A DNA stretch of 64,000 nucleotides, taken from assembly GCF_009914755.1 (NCBI RefSeq), contig NC_060941.1, one strand, 5' to 3'. This stretch comes from the human T2T-CHM13v2.0 reference genome, Homo sapiens. Shown here piece by piece: positions 38,901 to 53,900 of the stretch; within the stretch, counting starts at the first letter, position 1, and each line of letters begins with the position of its first letter. The translations under genes and the position numbers were made by a program. The notes beneath the pieces were generated by a model. That model saw only the letters and a list, made by a program, of their open reading frames with translations, ran no database searches and had not been told where the DNA came from.

Positions 38901-41900
38901 CTCAGAAACTTCTCTGTGATGATTGCATTCAACTCACAGAGTTGAACCCTCCTATGGATAGAGCAGTGTTGAAACTCTCTTTTTGTGGAATCTGCAAGCG
39001 GATATGTGGACCTCTCCGAAGATGTCTTTGGAAACGGGAATATCTTCACATAAAAACTAAACAGAAGCATTCTCAGAAACTTCTCTGTGATGTTTGTGTT
39101 CAACTCCCAGAGTTTCACATTGCTTCTCATAGAGTAGTTCTGAAACATGCTTTTCGTAGTGTCTGCAAGTGGACATTTGGAGCGCTTTCAGGCCTGTGGT
39201 GGAAAACGAATTATGGTCACATAAAAACTGGAGAGAAGCATTGTCAGAAACTTCTTTGTGATGATTGCATTCAAGTCACAGAGTTGAAGGTTCCTTTTCA
39301 AAGAGCAGTTTCCAATCACTCTTTCTGTGGAATCTGCAAGTGGATATTTGGACCTCTTTGAAGATTTCGTTGGAAACGGGAGAATCTTCACAGAAAAGCT
39401 AAACAGAAGCATTCTCAGAAACTTCTTTGTGATGCTTGCATTCAACTCACAGAGTTGAACTTTCCTTTCGAGAGAGAAGCTTTGAAACACTCTTTTTCCA
39501 GAATCTGCAAGTGGACATTTGGAGGGCTTTGAGGCCTGTGGTGGAAAAGGAATTATCTTCCCGTAAAAGCTAGATAGAAGCATTCTCAGAAACTACTTTG
39601 TGATGATTGCATTCAAGTCACAGAGTTGAACATTCCCTTTGACAGAGCAGTTTGGAAACTCTCTTTGCGTAGAATCTGCAAGTGGAGATATGGACCGCTT
39701 TGAGGCCTATGGTAGTAAAGGAAATAGCTTCATATAAAAGCTAGACAGCAGCATTCACAGAAAACTCTTGGTGACGACTGAGTTTAACTCACAGAGCTGA
39801 ACATTCCTTTGGATGGAGCAGTTTCGAAACACACTATTTGTAGAATGTGCAAGTGGATATGTGGGCCTCTCTGAGGATTTCGTTGGAAACGGGATAAACC
39901 GCACAGAACTAAACAGAAGCATTCTCAGAACCTTCTTCGTGATGTTTGCATTCAACTCACAGTGTTGAACCTTTCTTTGATAGTTCAGGTTGGAAACGGT
40001 CTTTCTGTAGAAACTGCAAGTAGATATTTGGACCTCTCTGAGGATTTCGTTGGAAACGGGATAAACCGCACAGAACTAAAACAGAAGCATTCTCAGAACC
40101 CTCTTCGTGATGTTTGCATTCAACTCACGGTGCTGAACCTTTCTTTGATAGTTCAGCTTTGAAACACTCTTTTTGTAGAAACTGCAAGTGGATATTTGGT
40201 CCTCTCTGAGGATTTCGTTGGAAACGGGATAAACCGCACAGAACTAAACAGAAGCATTCTCAGAACCTTCTTCGTGATGTCTGCATTCAACTCACAGTGT
40301 GGAACCTTTCTTTGATAGTTCAGGTTTGAAACACTCTTTTTGTAGAAACTGCAAGGGGATCATTGCACTTCTTTGAGGCCTACCGTAGTAAAGGAAATAA
40401 CTTCCTATAAAAAGAAGACAGAAGCTTTCTCAGAAAATTCTTTGGGATGATTGAGTTGAGCAAACAGAGCTGAACACTCCTTGCGATGTAGCAGTTTAGA
40501 AACACCCTTTCTGCAGAATCTGCAAGTGCATATGTGGACCTCTCTGAGGAATTCGTTGGAAACGGGATAATTTCAGCTGACTAAACAGAAGCAGTCTCAG
40601 AATCTTCTTTGTGATGTTTGCATTCAAATCCCAGAGTTGAACTTTCCTTTCAAAGTTCACGTTTGAAACACTCTTTTTGCAGGATCTACAAGTGGATATT
40701 TGGACCACTCTGTGTCCTTCGTTCGAAACGGGTATATCTTCACATGACATCTAGACAGAAGCATTCTCAGAAGCTTCTCTGTGATGACTGCATTCAACTC
40801 ACGGAGTTGAACACTCCTTTTGAGAGCGCAGTTTTGGAACTCTCTTTCTGTGGCATCTGCAAGGGGACATGTAGACCTCTTTGAAGATTTCGTTGGAAAC
40901 GGAATCATCTTCACATCAAAACTATACAGATGCATTCTCAGGAACTTTTTGGTGATGTTTGTATTCAACTCCCAGAGTTGAACTTTCCTTTGGAAAGAGC
41001 AGCTATGAAACACTCTTTTTCTAGAATCTGCAAGTGGACGTTTGGAGGGCTTTGTGGTTTGTGGTGGAAAAGGAAATATCTTCACCTAAATACTAGAAAG
41101 AAGCATTCTCAGAAACTGCTTTGTGATGATTGCATTCACCTCACAGAGTTGAACATTCCTATTGATAGAGCAGTTTGGAAACACTCTTCTTGTGGAATGT
41201 GCAAGTGGAGATTTGGAGCGCTTTGAGGCCTATGGTAGTAAAGGGAATAGCTTCATAGAAAAACTAGACAGAAGCATTCTCAGAAAATACTTTGTGATGA
41301 TTGAGTTGAACTCACAGAGCTGAACATTCCTTTGGATGGAGCAGGTTTGAGACACACTTTTTGTAGAATCTACAAGTGGATATTTGGACCTCTCTGAGGA
41401 TTTCGTTGGAAACGGGATAACTGCACCTAACTAAACGGAAGCATTCTCAGAAACTTCTTGGTGATGTTTGCATTCAAATCCCAGAGTTGAACCTTCCTTT
41501 GAGAGTTCAGGTTTGAAACACTCTTTTTGTAGGATCTGCAAGTGGATATTTGGACCACTCTGTGGCCTTCGTTCGAAACGGGTACATCTTCGCATAAAAT
41601 CTAGACAGAAGCCTTCTCAGAAACTTCTCTGTGATGATTGCATTCAACTCACAGAGTTGAACCCTCCTATGGATAGAGCAGTGTTGAAACTCTCTTTTTG
41701 TGGAATCTGCAAGCGGATATGTGGACCTCTCCGAAGATGTCTTTGGAAACGGGAATATCTTCACATAAAAACTAAACAGAAGCATTCTCAGAAACTTCTC
41801 TGTGATGTTTGTGTTCAACTCCCAGAGTTTCACATTGCTTCTCATAGAGTAGTTCTGAAACATGCTTTTCGTAGTGTCTGCAAGTGGACATTTGGAGCGC

Positions 41901-44900
41901 TTTCAGGCCTGTGGTGGAAAACGAATTATGGTCACATAAAAACTGGAGAGAAGCATTGTCAGAAACTTCTTTGTGATGATTGCATTCAAGTCACAGAGTT
42001 GAAGGTTCCTTTTCAAAGAGCAGTTTCCAATCACTCTTTCTGTGGAATCTGCAAGTGGATATTTGGACCTCTTTGAAGATTTCGTTGGAAACGGGAGAAT
42101 CTTCACAGAAAAGCTAAACAGAAGCATTCTCAGAAACTTCTTTGTGATGCTTGCATTCAACTCACAGAGTTGAACTTTCCTTTCGAGAGAGAAGCTTTGA
42201 AACACTCTTTTTCCAGAATCTGCAAGTGGACATTTGGAGGGCTTTGAGGCCTGTGGTGGAAAAGGAATTATCTTCCCGTAAAAGCTAGATAGAAGCATTC
42301 TCAGAAACTACTTTGTGATGATTGCATTCAAGTCACAGAGTTGAACATTCCCTTTGACAGAGCAGTTTGGAAACTCTCTTTGCGTAGAATCTGCAAGTGG
42401 AGATATGGACCGCTTTGAGGCCTATGGTAGTAAAGGAAATAGCTTCATATAAAAGCTAGACAGCAGCATTCACAGAAAACTCTTGGTGACGACTGAGTTT
42501 AACTCACAGAGCTGAACATTCCTTTGGATGGAGCAGTTTCGAAACACACTATTTGTAGAATGTGCAAGTGGATATGTGGGCCTCTCTGAGGATTTCGTTG
42601 GAAACGGGATAAACCGCACAGAACTAAACAGAAGCATTCTCAGAACCTTCTTCGTGATGTTTGCATTCAACTCACAGTGTTGAACCTTTCTTTGATAGTT
42701 CAGGTTGGAAACGGTCTTTCTGTAGAAACTGCAAGTAGATATTTGGACCTCTCTGAGGATTTCGTTGGAAACGGGATAAACCGCACAGAACTAAAACAGA
42801 AGCATTCTCAGAACCCTCTTCGTGATGTTTGCATTGAACTCACGGTGCTGAACCTTTCTTTGATAGTTCAGCTTTGAAACACTCTTTTTGTAGAAACTGC
42901 AAGTGGATATTTGGTCCTCTCTGAGGATTTCGTTGGAAACGGGATAAACCGCACAGAACTAAACAGAAGCATTCTCAGAACCTTCTTCGTGATGTCTGCA
43001 TTCAACTCACAGTGTGGAACCTTTCTTTGATAGTTCAGGTTTGAAACACTCTTTTTGTAGAAACTGCAAGGGGATCATTGCACTTCTTTGAGGCCTACCG
43101 TAGTAAAGGAAATAACTTCCTATAAAAAGAAGACAGAAGCTTTCTCAGAAAATTCTTTGGGATGATTGAGTTGAGCAAACAGAGCTGAACACTCCTTGCG
43201 ATGTAGCAGTTTAGAAACACCCTTTCTGCAGAATCTGCAAGTGCATATGTGGACCTCTCTGAGGAATTCGTTGGAAACGGGATAATTTCAGCTGACTAAA
43301 CAGAAGCAGTCTCAGAATCTTCTTTGTGATGTTTGCATTCAAATCCCAGAGTTGAACTTGCCTTTCAAAGTTCACGTTTGAAACACTCTTTTTGCAGGAT
43401 CTACAAGTGGATATTTGGACCACTCTGTGTCCTTCGTTCGAAACGGGTATATCTTCACATGACATCTAGACAGAAGCATTCTCAGAAGCTTCTCTGTGAT
43501 GACTGCATTCAACTCACGGAGTTGAACACTCCTTTTGAGAGCGCAGTTTTGGAACTCTCTTTCTGTGGCATCTGCAAGGGGACATGTAGACCTCTTTGAA
43601 GATTTCGTTGGAAACGGAATCATCTTCACATCAAAACTATACAGATGCATTCTCAGGAACTTTTTGGTGATGTTTGTATTCAACTCCCAGAGTTGAACTT
43701 TCCTTTGGAAAGAGCAGCTATGAAACACTCTTTTTCTAGAATCTGCAAGTGGACGTTTGGAGGGCTTTGTGGTTTGTGGTGGAAAAGGAAATATCTTCAC
43801 CTAAATACTAGAAAGAAGCATTCTCAGAAACTGCTTTGTGATGATTGCATTCACCTCACAGAGTTGAACATTCCTATTGATAGAGCAGTTTGGAAACACT
43901 CTTCTTGTGGAATGTGCAAGTGGAGATTTGGAGCGCTTTGAGGCCTATGGTAGTAAAGGGAATAGCTTCATAGAAAAACTAGACAGAAGCATTCTCAGAA
44001 AATACTTTGTGATGATTGAGTTGAACTCACAGAGCTGAACATTCCTTTGGATGGAGCAGGTTTGAGACACACTTTTTGTAGAATCTACAAGTGGATATTT
44101 GGACCTCTCTGAGGATTTCGTTGGAAACGGGATAACTGCACCTAACTAAACGGAAGCATTCTCAGAAACTTCTTGGTGATGTTTGCATTCAAATCCCAGA
44201 GTTGAACCTTCCTTTGAGAGTTCAGGTTTGAAACACTCTTTTTGTAGGATCTGCAAGTGGATATTTGGACCACTCTGTGGCCTTCGTTCGAAACGGGTAC
44301 ATCTTCGCATAAAATCTAGACAGAAGCCTTCTCAGAAACTTCTCTGTGATGATTGCATTCAACTCACAGAGTTGAACCCTCCTATGGATAGAGCAGTGTT
44401 GAAACTCTCTTTTTGTGGAATCTGCAAGCGGATATGTGGACCTCTCCGAAGATGTCTTTGGAAACGGGAATATCTTCACACAAAAACTAAACAGAAGCAT
44501 TCTCAGAAACTTCTCTGTGATGTTTGTGTTCAACTCCCAGAGTTTCACATTGCTTCTCATAGAGTAGTTCTGAAACATGCTTTTCGTAGTGTCTGCAAGT
44601 GGACATTTGGAGCGCTTTCAGGCCTGTGGTGGAAAACGAATTATGGTCACATAAAAACTGGAGAGAAGCATTGTCAGAAACTTCTTTGTGATGATTGCAT
44701 TCAAGTCACAGAGTTGAAGGTTCCTTTTCAAAGAGCAGTTTCCAATCACTCTTTCTGTGGAATCTGCAAGTGGATATTTGGACCTCTTTGAAGATTTCGT
44801 TGGAAACGGGAGAATCTTCACAGAAAAGCTAAACAGAAGCATTCTCAGAAACTTCTTTGTGATGCTTGCATTCAACTCACAGAGTTGAACTTTCCTTTCG

Positions 44901-47900
44901 AGAGAGAAGCTTTGAAACACTCTTTTTCCAGAATCTGCAAGTGGACATTTGGAGGGCTTTGAGGCCTGTGGTGGAAAAGGAATTATCTTCCCGTAAAAGC
45001 TAGATAGAAGCATTCTCAGAAACTACTTTGTGATGATTGCATTCAAGTCACAGAGTTGAACATTCCCTTTGACAGAGCAGTTTGGAAACTCTCTTTGCGT
45101 AGAATCTGCAAGTGGAGATATGGACCGCTTTGAGGCCTATGGTAGTAAAGGAAATAGCTTCATATAAAAGCTAGACAGCAGCATTCACAGAAAACTCTTG
45201 GTGACGACTGAGTTTAACTCACAGAGCTGAACATTCCTTTGGATGGAGCAGTTTCGAAACACACTATTTGTAGAATGTGCAAGTGGATATGTGGGCCTCT
45301 CTGAGGATTTCGTTGGAAACGGGATAAACCGCACAGAACTAAACAGAAGCATTCTCAGAACCTTCTTCGTGATGTTTGCATTCAACTCACAGTGTTGAAC
45401 CTTTCTTTGATAGTTCAGGTTGGAAACGGTCTTTCTGTAGAAACTGCAAGTAGATATTTGGACCTCTCTGAGGATTTCGTTGGAAACGGGATAAACCGCA
45501 CAGAACTAAAACAGAAGCATTCTCAGAACCCTCTTCGTGATGTTTGCATTCAACTCACGGTGCTGAACCTTTCTTTGATAGTTCAGCTTTGAAACACTCT
45601 TTTTGTAGAAACTGCAAGTGGATATTTGGTCCTCTCTGAGGATTTCGTTGGAAACGGGATAAACCGCACAGAACTAAACAGAAGCATTCTCAGAACCTTC
45701 TTCGTGATGTCTGCATTCAACTCACAGTGTGGAACCTTTCTTTGATAGTTCAGGTTTGAAACACTCTTTTTGTAGAAACTGCAAGGGGATCATTGCACTT
45801 CTTTGAGGCCTACCGTAGTAAAGGAAATAACTTCCTATAAAAAGAAGACAGAAGCTTTCTCAGAAAATTCTTTGGGATGATTGAGTTGAGCAAACAGAGC
45901 TGAACACTCCTTGCGATGTAGCAGTTTAGAAACACCCTTTCTGCAGAATCTGCAAGTGCATATGTGGACCTCTCTGAGGAATTCGTTGGAAACGGGATAA
46001 TTTCAGCTGACTAAACAGAAGCAGTCTCAGAATCTTCTTTGTGATGTTTGCATTCAAATCCCAGAGTTGAACTTGCCTTTCAAAGTTCACGTTTGAAACA
46101 CTCTTTTTGCAGGATCTACAAGTGGATATTTGGACCACTCTGTGTCCTTCGTTCGAAACGGGTATATCTTCACATGACATCTAGACAGAAGCATTCTCAG
46201 AAGCTTCTCTGTGATGACTGCATTCAACTCACGGAGTTGAACACTCCTTTTGAGAGCGCAGTTTTGGAACTCTCTTTCTGTGGCATCTGCAAGGGGACAT
46301 GTAGACCTCTTTGAAGATTTCGTTGGAAACGGAATCATCTTCACATCAAAACTATACAGATGCATTCTCAGGAACTTTTTGGTGATGTTTGTATTCAACT
46401 CCCAGAGTTGAACTTTCCTTTGGAAAGAGCAGCTATGAAACACTCTTTTTCTAGAATCTGCAAGTGGACGTTTGGAGGGCTTTGTGGTTTGTGGTGGAAA
46501 AGGAAATATCTTCACCTAAATACTAGAAAGAAGCATTCTCAGAAACTGCTTTGTGATGATTGCATTCACCTCACAGAGTTGAACATTCCTATTGATAGAG
46601 CAGTTTGGAAACACTCTTCTTGTGGAATGTGCAAGTGGAGATTTGGAGCGCTTTGAGGCCTATGGTAGTAAAGGGAATAGCTTCATAGAAAAACTAGACA
46701 GAAGCATTCTCAGAAAATACTTTGTGATGATTGAGTTGAACTCACAGAGCTGAACATTCCTTTGGATGGAGCAGGTTTGAGACACACTTTTTGTAGAATC
46801 TACAAGTGGATATTTGGACCTCTCTGAGGATTTCGTTGGAAACGGGATAACTGCACCTAACTAAACGGAAGCATTCTCAGAAACTTCTTGGTGATGTTTG
46901 CATTCAAATCCCAGAGTTGAACCTTCCTTTGAGAGTTCAGGTTTGAAACACTCTTTTTGTAGGATCTGCAAGTGGATATTTGGACCACTCTGTGGCCTTC
47001 GTTCGAAACGGGTACATCTTCGCATAAAATCTAGACAGAAGCCTTCTCAGAAACTTCTCTGTGATGATTGCATTCAACTCACAGAGTTGAACCCTCCTAT
47101 GGATAGAGCAGTGTTGAAACTCTCTTTTTGTGGAATCTGCAAGTGGATATGTGGACCTCTCCGAAGATGTCTTTGGAAACGGGAATATCTTCACACAAAA
47201 ACTAAACAGAAGCATTCTCAGAAACTTCTCTGTGATGTTTGTGTTCAACTCCCAGAGTTTCACATTGCTTCTCATAGAGTAGTTCTGAAACATGCTTTTC
47301 GTAGTGTCTGCAAGTGGACATTTGGAGCGCTTTCAGGCCTGTGGTGGAAAACGAATTATGGTCACATAAAAACTGGAGAGAAGCATTGTCAGAAACTTCT
47401 TTGTGATGATTGCATTCAAGTCACAGAGTTGAAGGTTCCTTTTCAAAGAGCAGTTTCCAATCACTCTTTCTGTGGAATCTGCAAGTGGATATTTGGACCT
47501 CTTTGAAGATTTCGTTGGAAACGGGAGAATCTTCACAGAAAAGCTAAACAGAAGCATTCTCAGAAACTTCTTTGTGATGCTTGCATTCAACTCACAGAGT
47601 TGAACTTTCCTTTCGAGAGAGAAGCTTTGAAACACTCTTTTTCCAGAATCTGCAAGTGGACATTTGGAGGGCTTTGAGGCCTGTGGTGGAAAAGGAATTA
47701 TCTTCCCGTAAAAGCTAGATAGAAGCATTCTCAGAAACTACTTTGTGATGATTGCATTCAAGTCACAGAGTTGAACATTCCCTTTGACAGAGCAGTTTGG
47801 AAACTCTCTTTGCGTAGAATCTGCAAGTGGAGATATGGACCGCTTTGAGGCCTATGGTAGTAAAGGAAATAGCTTCATATAAAAGCTAGACAGCAGCATT

Positions 47901-50900
47901 CACAGAAAACTCTTGGTGACGACTGAGTTTAACTCACAGAGCTGAACATTCCTTTGGATGGAGCAGTTTCGAAACACACTATTTGTAGAATGTGCAAGTG
48001 GATATGTGGGCCTCTCTGAGGATTTCGTTGGAAACGGGATAAACCGCACAGAACTAAACAGAAGCATTCTCAGAACCTTCTTCGTGATGTTTGCATTCAA
48101 CTCACAGTGTTGAACCTTTCTTTGATAGTTCAGGTTGGAAACGGTCTTTCTGTAGAAACTGCAAGTAGATATTTGGACCTCTCTGAGGATTTCGTTGGAA
48201 ACGGGATAAACCGCACAGAACTAAAACAGAAGCATTCTCAGAACCCTCTTCGTGATGTTTGCATTCAACTCACGGTGCTGAACCTTTCTTTGATAGTTCA
48301 GCTTTGAAACACTCTTTTTGTAGAAACTGCAAGTGGATATTTGGTCCTCTCTGAGGATTTCGTTGGAAACGGGATAAACCGCACAGAACTAAACAGAAGC
48401 ATTCTCAGAACCTTCTTCGTGATGTCTGCATTCAACTCACAGTGTGGAACCTTTCTTTGATAGTTCAGGTTTGAAACACTCTTTTTGTAGAGACTGCAAG
48501 GGGATCATTGCACTTCTTTGAGGCCTACCGTAGTAAAGGAAATAACTTCCTATAAAAAGAAGACAGAAGCTTTCTCAGAAAATTCTTTGGGATGATTGAG
48601 TTGAGCAAACAGAGCTGAACACTCCTTGCGATGTAGCAGTTTAGAAACACCCTTTCTGCAGAATCTGCAAGTGCATATGTGGACCTCTCTGAGGAATTCG
48701 TTGGAAACGGGATAATTTCAGCTGACTAAACAGAAGCAGTCTCAGAATCTTCTTTGTGATGTTTGCATTCAAATCCCAGAGTTGAACTTGCCTTTCAAAG
48801 TTCACGTTTGAAACACTCTTTTTGCAGGATCTACAAGTGGATATTTGGACCACTCTGTGTCCTTCGTTCGAAACGGGTATATCTTCACATGACATCTAGA
48901 CAGAAGCATTCTCAGAAGCTTCTCTGTGATGACTGCATTCAACTCACGGAGTTGAACACTCCTTTTGAGAGCGCAGTTTTGGAACTCTCTTTCTGTGGCA
49001 TCTGCAAGGGGACATGTAGACCTCTTTGAAGATTTCGTTGGAAACGGAATCATCTTCACATCAAAACTATACAGATGCATTCTCAGGAACTTTTTGGTGA
49101 TGTTTGTATTCAACTCCCAGAGTTGAACTTTCCTTTGGAAAGAGCAGCTATGAAACACTCTTTTTCTAGAATCTGCAAGTGGACGTTTGGAGGGCTTTGT
49201 GGTTTGTGGTGGAAAAGGAAATATCTTCACCTAAATACTAGAAAGAAGCATTCTCAGAAACTGCTTTGTGATGATTGCATTCACCTCACAGAGTTGAACA
49301 TTCCTATTGATAGAGCAGTTTGGAAACACTCTTCTTGTGGAATGTGCAAGTGGAGATTTGGAGCGCTTTGAGGCCTATGGTAGTAAAGGGAATAGCTTCA
49401 TAGAAAAACTAGACAGAAGCATTCTCAGAAAATACTTTGTGATGATTGAGTTGAACTCACAGAGCTGAACATTCCTTTGGATGGAGCAGGTTTGAGACAC
49501 ACTTTTTGTAGAATCTACAAGTGGATATTTGGACCTCTCTGAGGATTTCGTTGGAAACGGGATAACTGCACCTAACTAAACGGAAGCATTCTCAGAAACT
49601 TCTTGGTGATGTTTGCATTCAAATCCCAGAGTTGAACCTTCCTTTGAGAGTTCAGGTTTGAAACACTCTTTTTGTAGGATCTGCAAGTGGATATTTGGAC
49701 CACTCTGTGGCCTTCGTTCGAAACGGGTACATCTTCGCATAAAATCTAGACAGAAGCCTTCTCAGAAACTTCTCTGTGATGATTGCATTCAACTCACAGA
49801 GTTGAACCCTCCTATGGATAGAGCAGTGTTGAAACTCTCTTTTTGTGGAATCTGCAAGCGGATATGTGGACCTCTCCGAAGATGTCTTTGGAAACGGGAA
49901 TATCTTCACATAAAAACTAAACAGAAGCATTCTCAGAAACTTCTCTGTGATGTTTGTGTTCAACTCCCAGAGTTTCACATTGCTTCTCATAGAGTAGTTC
50001 TGAAACATGCTTTTCGTAGTGTCTGCAAGTGGACATTTGGAGCGCTTTCAGGCCTGTGGTGGAAAACGAATTATGGTCACATAAAAACTGGAGAGAAGCA
50101 TTGTCAGAAACTTCTTTGTGATGATTGCATTCAAGTCACAGAGTTGAAGGTTCCTTTTCAAAGAGCAGTTTCCAATCACTCTTTCTGTGGAATCTGCAAG
50201 TGGATATTTGGACCTCTTTGAAGATTTCGTTGGAAACGGGAGAATCTTCACAGAAAAGCTAAACAGAAGCATTCTCAGAAACTTCTTTGTGATGCTTGCA
50301 TTCAACTCACAGAGTTGAACTTTCCTTTCGAGAGAGAAGCTTTGAAACACTCTTTTTCCAGAATCTGCAAGTGGACATTTGGAGGGCTTTGAGGCCTGTG
50401 GTGGAAAAGGAATTATCTTCCCGTAAAAGCTAGATAGAAGCATTCTCAGAAACTACTTTGTGATGATTGCATTCAAGTCACAGAGTTGAACATTCCCTTT
50501 GACAGAGCAGTTTGGAAACTCTCTTTGCGTAGAATCTGCAAGTGGAGATATGGACCGCTTTGAGGCCTATGGTAGTAAAGGAAATAGCTTCATATAAAAG
50601 CTAGACAGCAGCATTCACAGAAAACTCTTGGTGACGACTGAGTTTAACTCACAGAGCTGAACATTCCTTTGGATGGAGCAGTTTCGAAACACACTATTTG
50701 TAGAATGTGCAAGTGGATATGTGGGCCTCTCTGAGGATTTCGTTGGAAACGGGATAAACCGCACAGAACTAAACAGAAGCATTCTCAGAACCTTCTTCGT
50801 GATGTTTGCATTCAACTCACAGTGTTGAACCTTTCTTTGATAGTTCAGGTTGGAAACGGTCTTTCTGTAGAAACTGCAAGTAGATATTTGGACCTCTCTG

Positions 50901-53900
50901 AGGATTTCGTTGGAAACGGGATAAACCGCACAGAACTAAAACAGAAGCATTCTCAGAACCCTCTTCGTGATGTTTGCATTCAACTCACGGTGCTGAACCT
51001 TTCTTTGATAGTTCAGCTTTGAAACACTCTTTTTGTAGAAACTGCAAGTGGATATTTGGTGCTCTCTGAGGATTTCGTTGGAAACGGGATAAACCGCACA
51101 GAACTAAACAGAAGCATTCTCAGAACCTTCTTCGTGATGTCTGCATTCAACTCACAGTGTGGAACCTTTCTTTGATAGTTCAGGTTTGAAACACTCTTTT
51201 TGTAGAGACTGCAAGGGGATCATTGCACTTCTTTGAGGCCTACCGTAGTAAAGGAAATAACTTCCTATAAAAAGAAGACAGAAGCTTTCTCAGAAAATTC
51301 TTTGTGATGATTGAGTTGAGCAAACAGAGCTGAACACTCCTTGCGATGTAGCAGTTTAGAAACACCCTTTCTGCAGAATCTGCAAGTGCATATGTGGACC
51401 TCTCTGAGGAATTCGTTGGAAACGGGATAATTTCAGCTGACTAAACAGAAGCAGTCTCAGAATCTTCTTTGTGATGTTTGCATTCAAATCCCAGAGTTGA
51501 ACTTGCCTTTCAAAGTTCACGTTTGAAACACTCTTTTTGCAGGATCTACAAGTGGATATTTGGACCACTCTGTGTCCTTCGTTCGAAACGGGTATATCTT
51601 CACATGACATCTAGACAGAAGCATTCTCAGAAGCTTCTCTGTGATGACTGCATTCAACTCACGGAGTTGAACACTCCTTTTGAGAGCGCAGTTTTGGAAC
51701 TCTCTTTCTGTGGCATCTGCAAGGGGACATGTAGACCTCTTTGAAGATTTCGTTGGAAACGGAATCATCTTCACATCAAAACTATACAGATGCATTCTCA
51801 GGAACTTTTTGGTGATGTTTGTATTCAACTCCCAGAGTTGAACTTTCCTTTGGAAAGAGCAGCTATGAAACACTCTTTTTCTAGAATCTGCAAGTGGACG
51901 TTTGGAGGGCTTTGTGGTTTGTGGTGGAAAAGGAAATATCTTCACCTAAATACTAGAAAGAAGCATTCTCAGAAACTGCTTTGTGATGATTGCATTCACC
52001 TCACAGAGTTGAACATTCCTATTGATAGAGCAGTTTGGAAACACTCTTCTTGTGGAATGTGCAAGTGGAGATTTGGAGCGCTTTGAGGCCTATGGTAGTA
52101 AAGGGAATAGCTTCATAGAAAAACTAGACAGAAGCATTCTCAGAAAATACTTTGTGATGATTGAGTTGAACTCACAGAGCTGAACATTCCTTTGGATGGA
52201 GCAGGTTTGAGACACACTTTTTGTAGAATCTACAAGTGGATATTTGGACCTCTCTGAGGATTTCGTTGGAAACGGGATAACTGCACCTAACTAAACGGAA
52301 GCATTCTCAGAAACTTCTTGGTGATGTTTGCATTCAAATCCCAGAGTTGAACCTTCCTTTGAGAGTTCAGGTTTGAAACACTCTTTTTGTAGGATCTGCA
52401 AGTGGATATTTGGACCACTCTGTGGCCTTCGTTCGAAACGGGTACATCTTCGCATAAAATCTAGACAGAAGCCTTCTCAGAAACTTCTCTGTGATGATTG
52501 CATTCAACTCACAGAGTTGAACCCTCCTATGGATAGAGCAGTGTTGAAACTCTCTTTTTGTGGAATCTGCAAGCGGATATGTGGACCTCTCCGAAGACAT
52601 CTTTGGAAACGGGAATATCTTCACATAAAAACTAAACAGAAGCATTCTCAGAAACTTCTCTGTGATGTTTGTGTTCAACTCCCAGAGTTTCACATTGCTT
52701 CTCATAGAGTAGTTCTGAAACATGCTTTTCGTAGTGTCTGCAAGTGGACATTTGGAGCGCTTTCAGGCCTGTGGTGGAAAACGAATTATGGTCACATAAA
52801 AACTGGAGAGAAGCATTGTCAGAAACTTCTTTGTGATGATTGCATTCAAGTCACAGAGTTGAAGGTTCCTTTTCAAAGAGCAGTTTCCAATCACTCTTTC
52901 TGTGGAATCTGCAAGTGGATATTTGGACCTCTTTGAAGATTTCGTTGGAAACGGGAGAATCTTCACAGAAAAGCTAAACAGAAGCATTCTCAGAAACTTC
53001 TTTGTGATGCTTCCATTCAACTCACAGAGTTGAACTTTCCTTTCGAGAGAGAAGCTTTGAAACACTCTTTTTCCAGAATCTGCAAGTGGACATTTGGAGG
53101 GCTTTGAGGCCTGTGGTGGAAAAGGAATTATCTTCCCGTAAAAGCTAGATAGAAGCATTCTCAGAAACTACTTTGTGATGATTGCATTCAAGTCACAGAG
53201 TTGAACATTCCCTTTGACAGAGCAGTTTGGAAACTCTCTTTGCGTAGAATCTGCAAGTGGAGATATGGACCGCTTTGAGGCCTATGGTAGTAAAGGAAAT
53301 AGCTTCATATAAAAGCTAGACAGCAGCATTCACAGAAAACTCTTGGTGACGACTGAGCTTAACTCACAGAGCTGAACATTCCTTTGGATGGAGCAGTTTC
53401 GAAACACACTATTTGTAGAATGTGCAAGTGGATATTGGGGCCTCTCTGAGGATTTCGTTGGAAACGGGATAAACCGCACAGAACTAAACAGAAGCATTCT
53501 CAGAACCTTCTTCGTGATGTTTGCATTCACCTCACAGTGTTGAACCTTTCTTTGATAGTTCAGGTTGGAAACGGTCTTTCTGTAGAAACTGCAAGTAGAT
53601 ATTTGGACCTCTCTGAGGATTTCGTTGGAAACGGGATAAACCGCACAGAACTAAAACAGAAGCATTCTCAGAACCCTCTTCGTGATGTTTGCATTCAACT
53701 CACGGTGCTGAACCTTTCTTTGATAGTTCAGCTTTGAAACACTCTTTTTGTAGAAACTGCAAGTGGATATTTGGTCCTCTCTGAGGATTTCGTTGGAAAC
53801 GGGATAAACCGCACAGAACTAAACAGAAGCATTCTCAGAACCTTCTTCGTGATGTCTGCATTCAACTCACAGTGTGGAACCTTTCTTTGATAGTTCAGGT

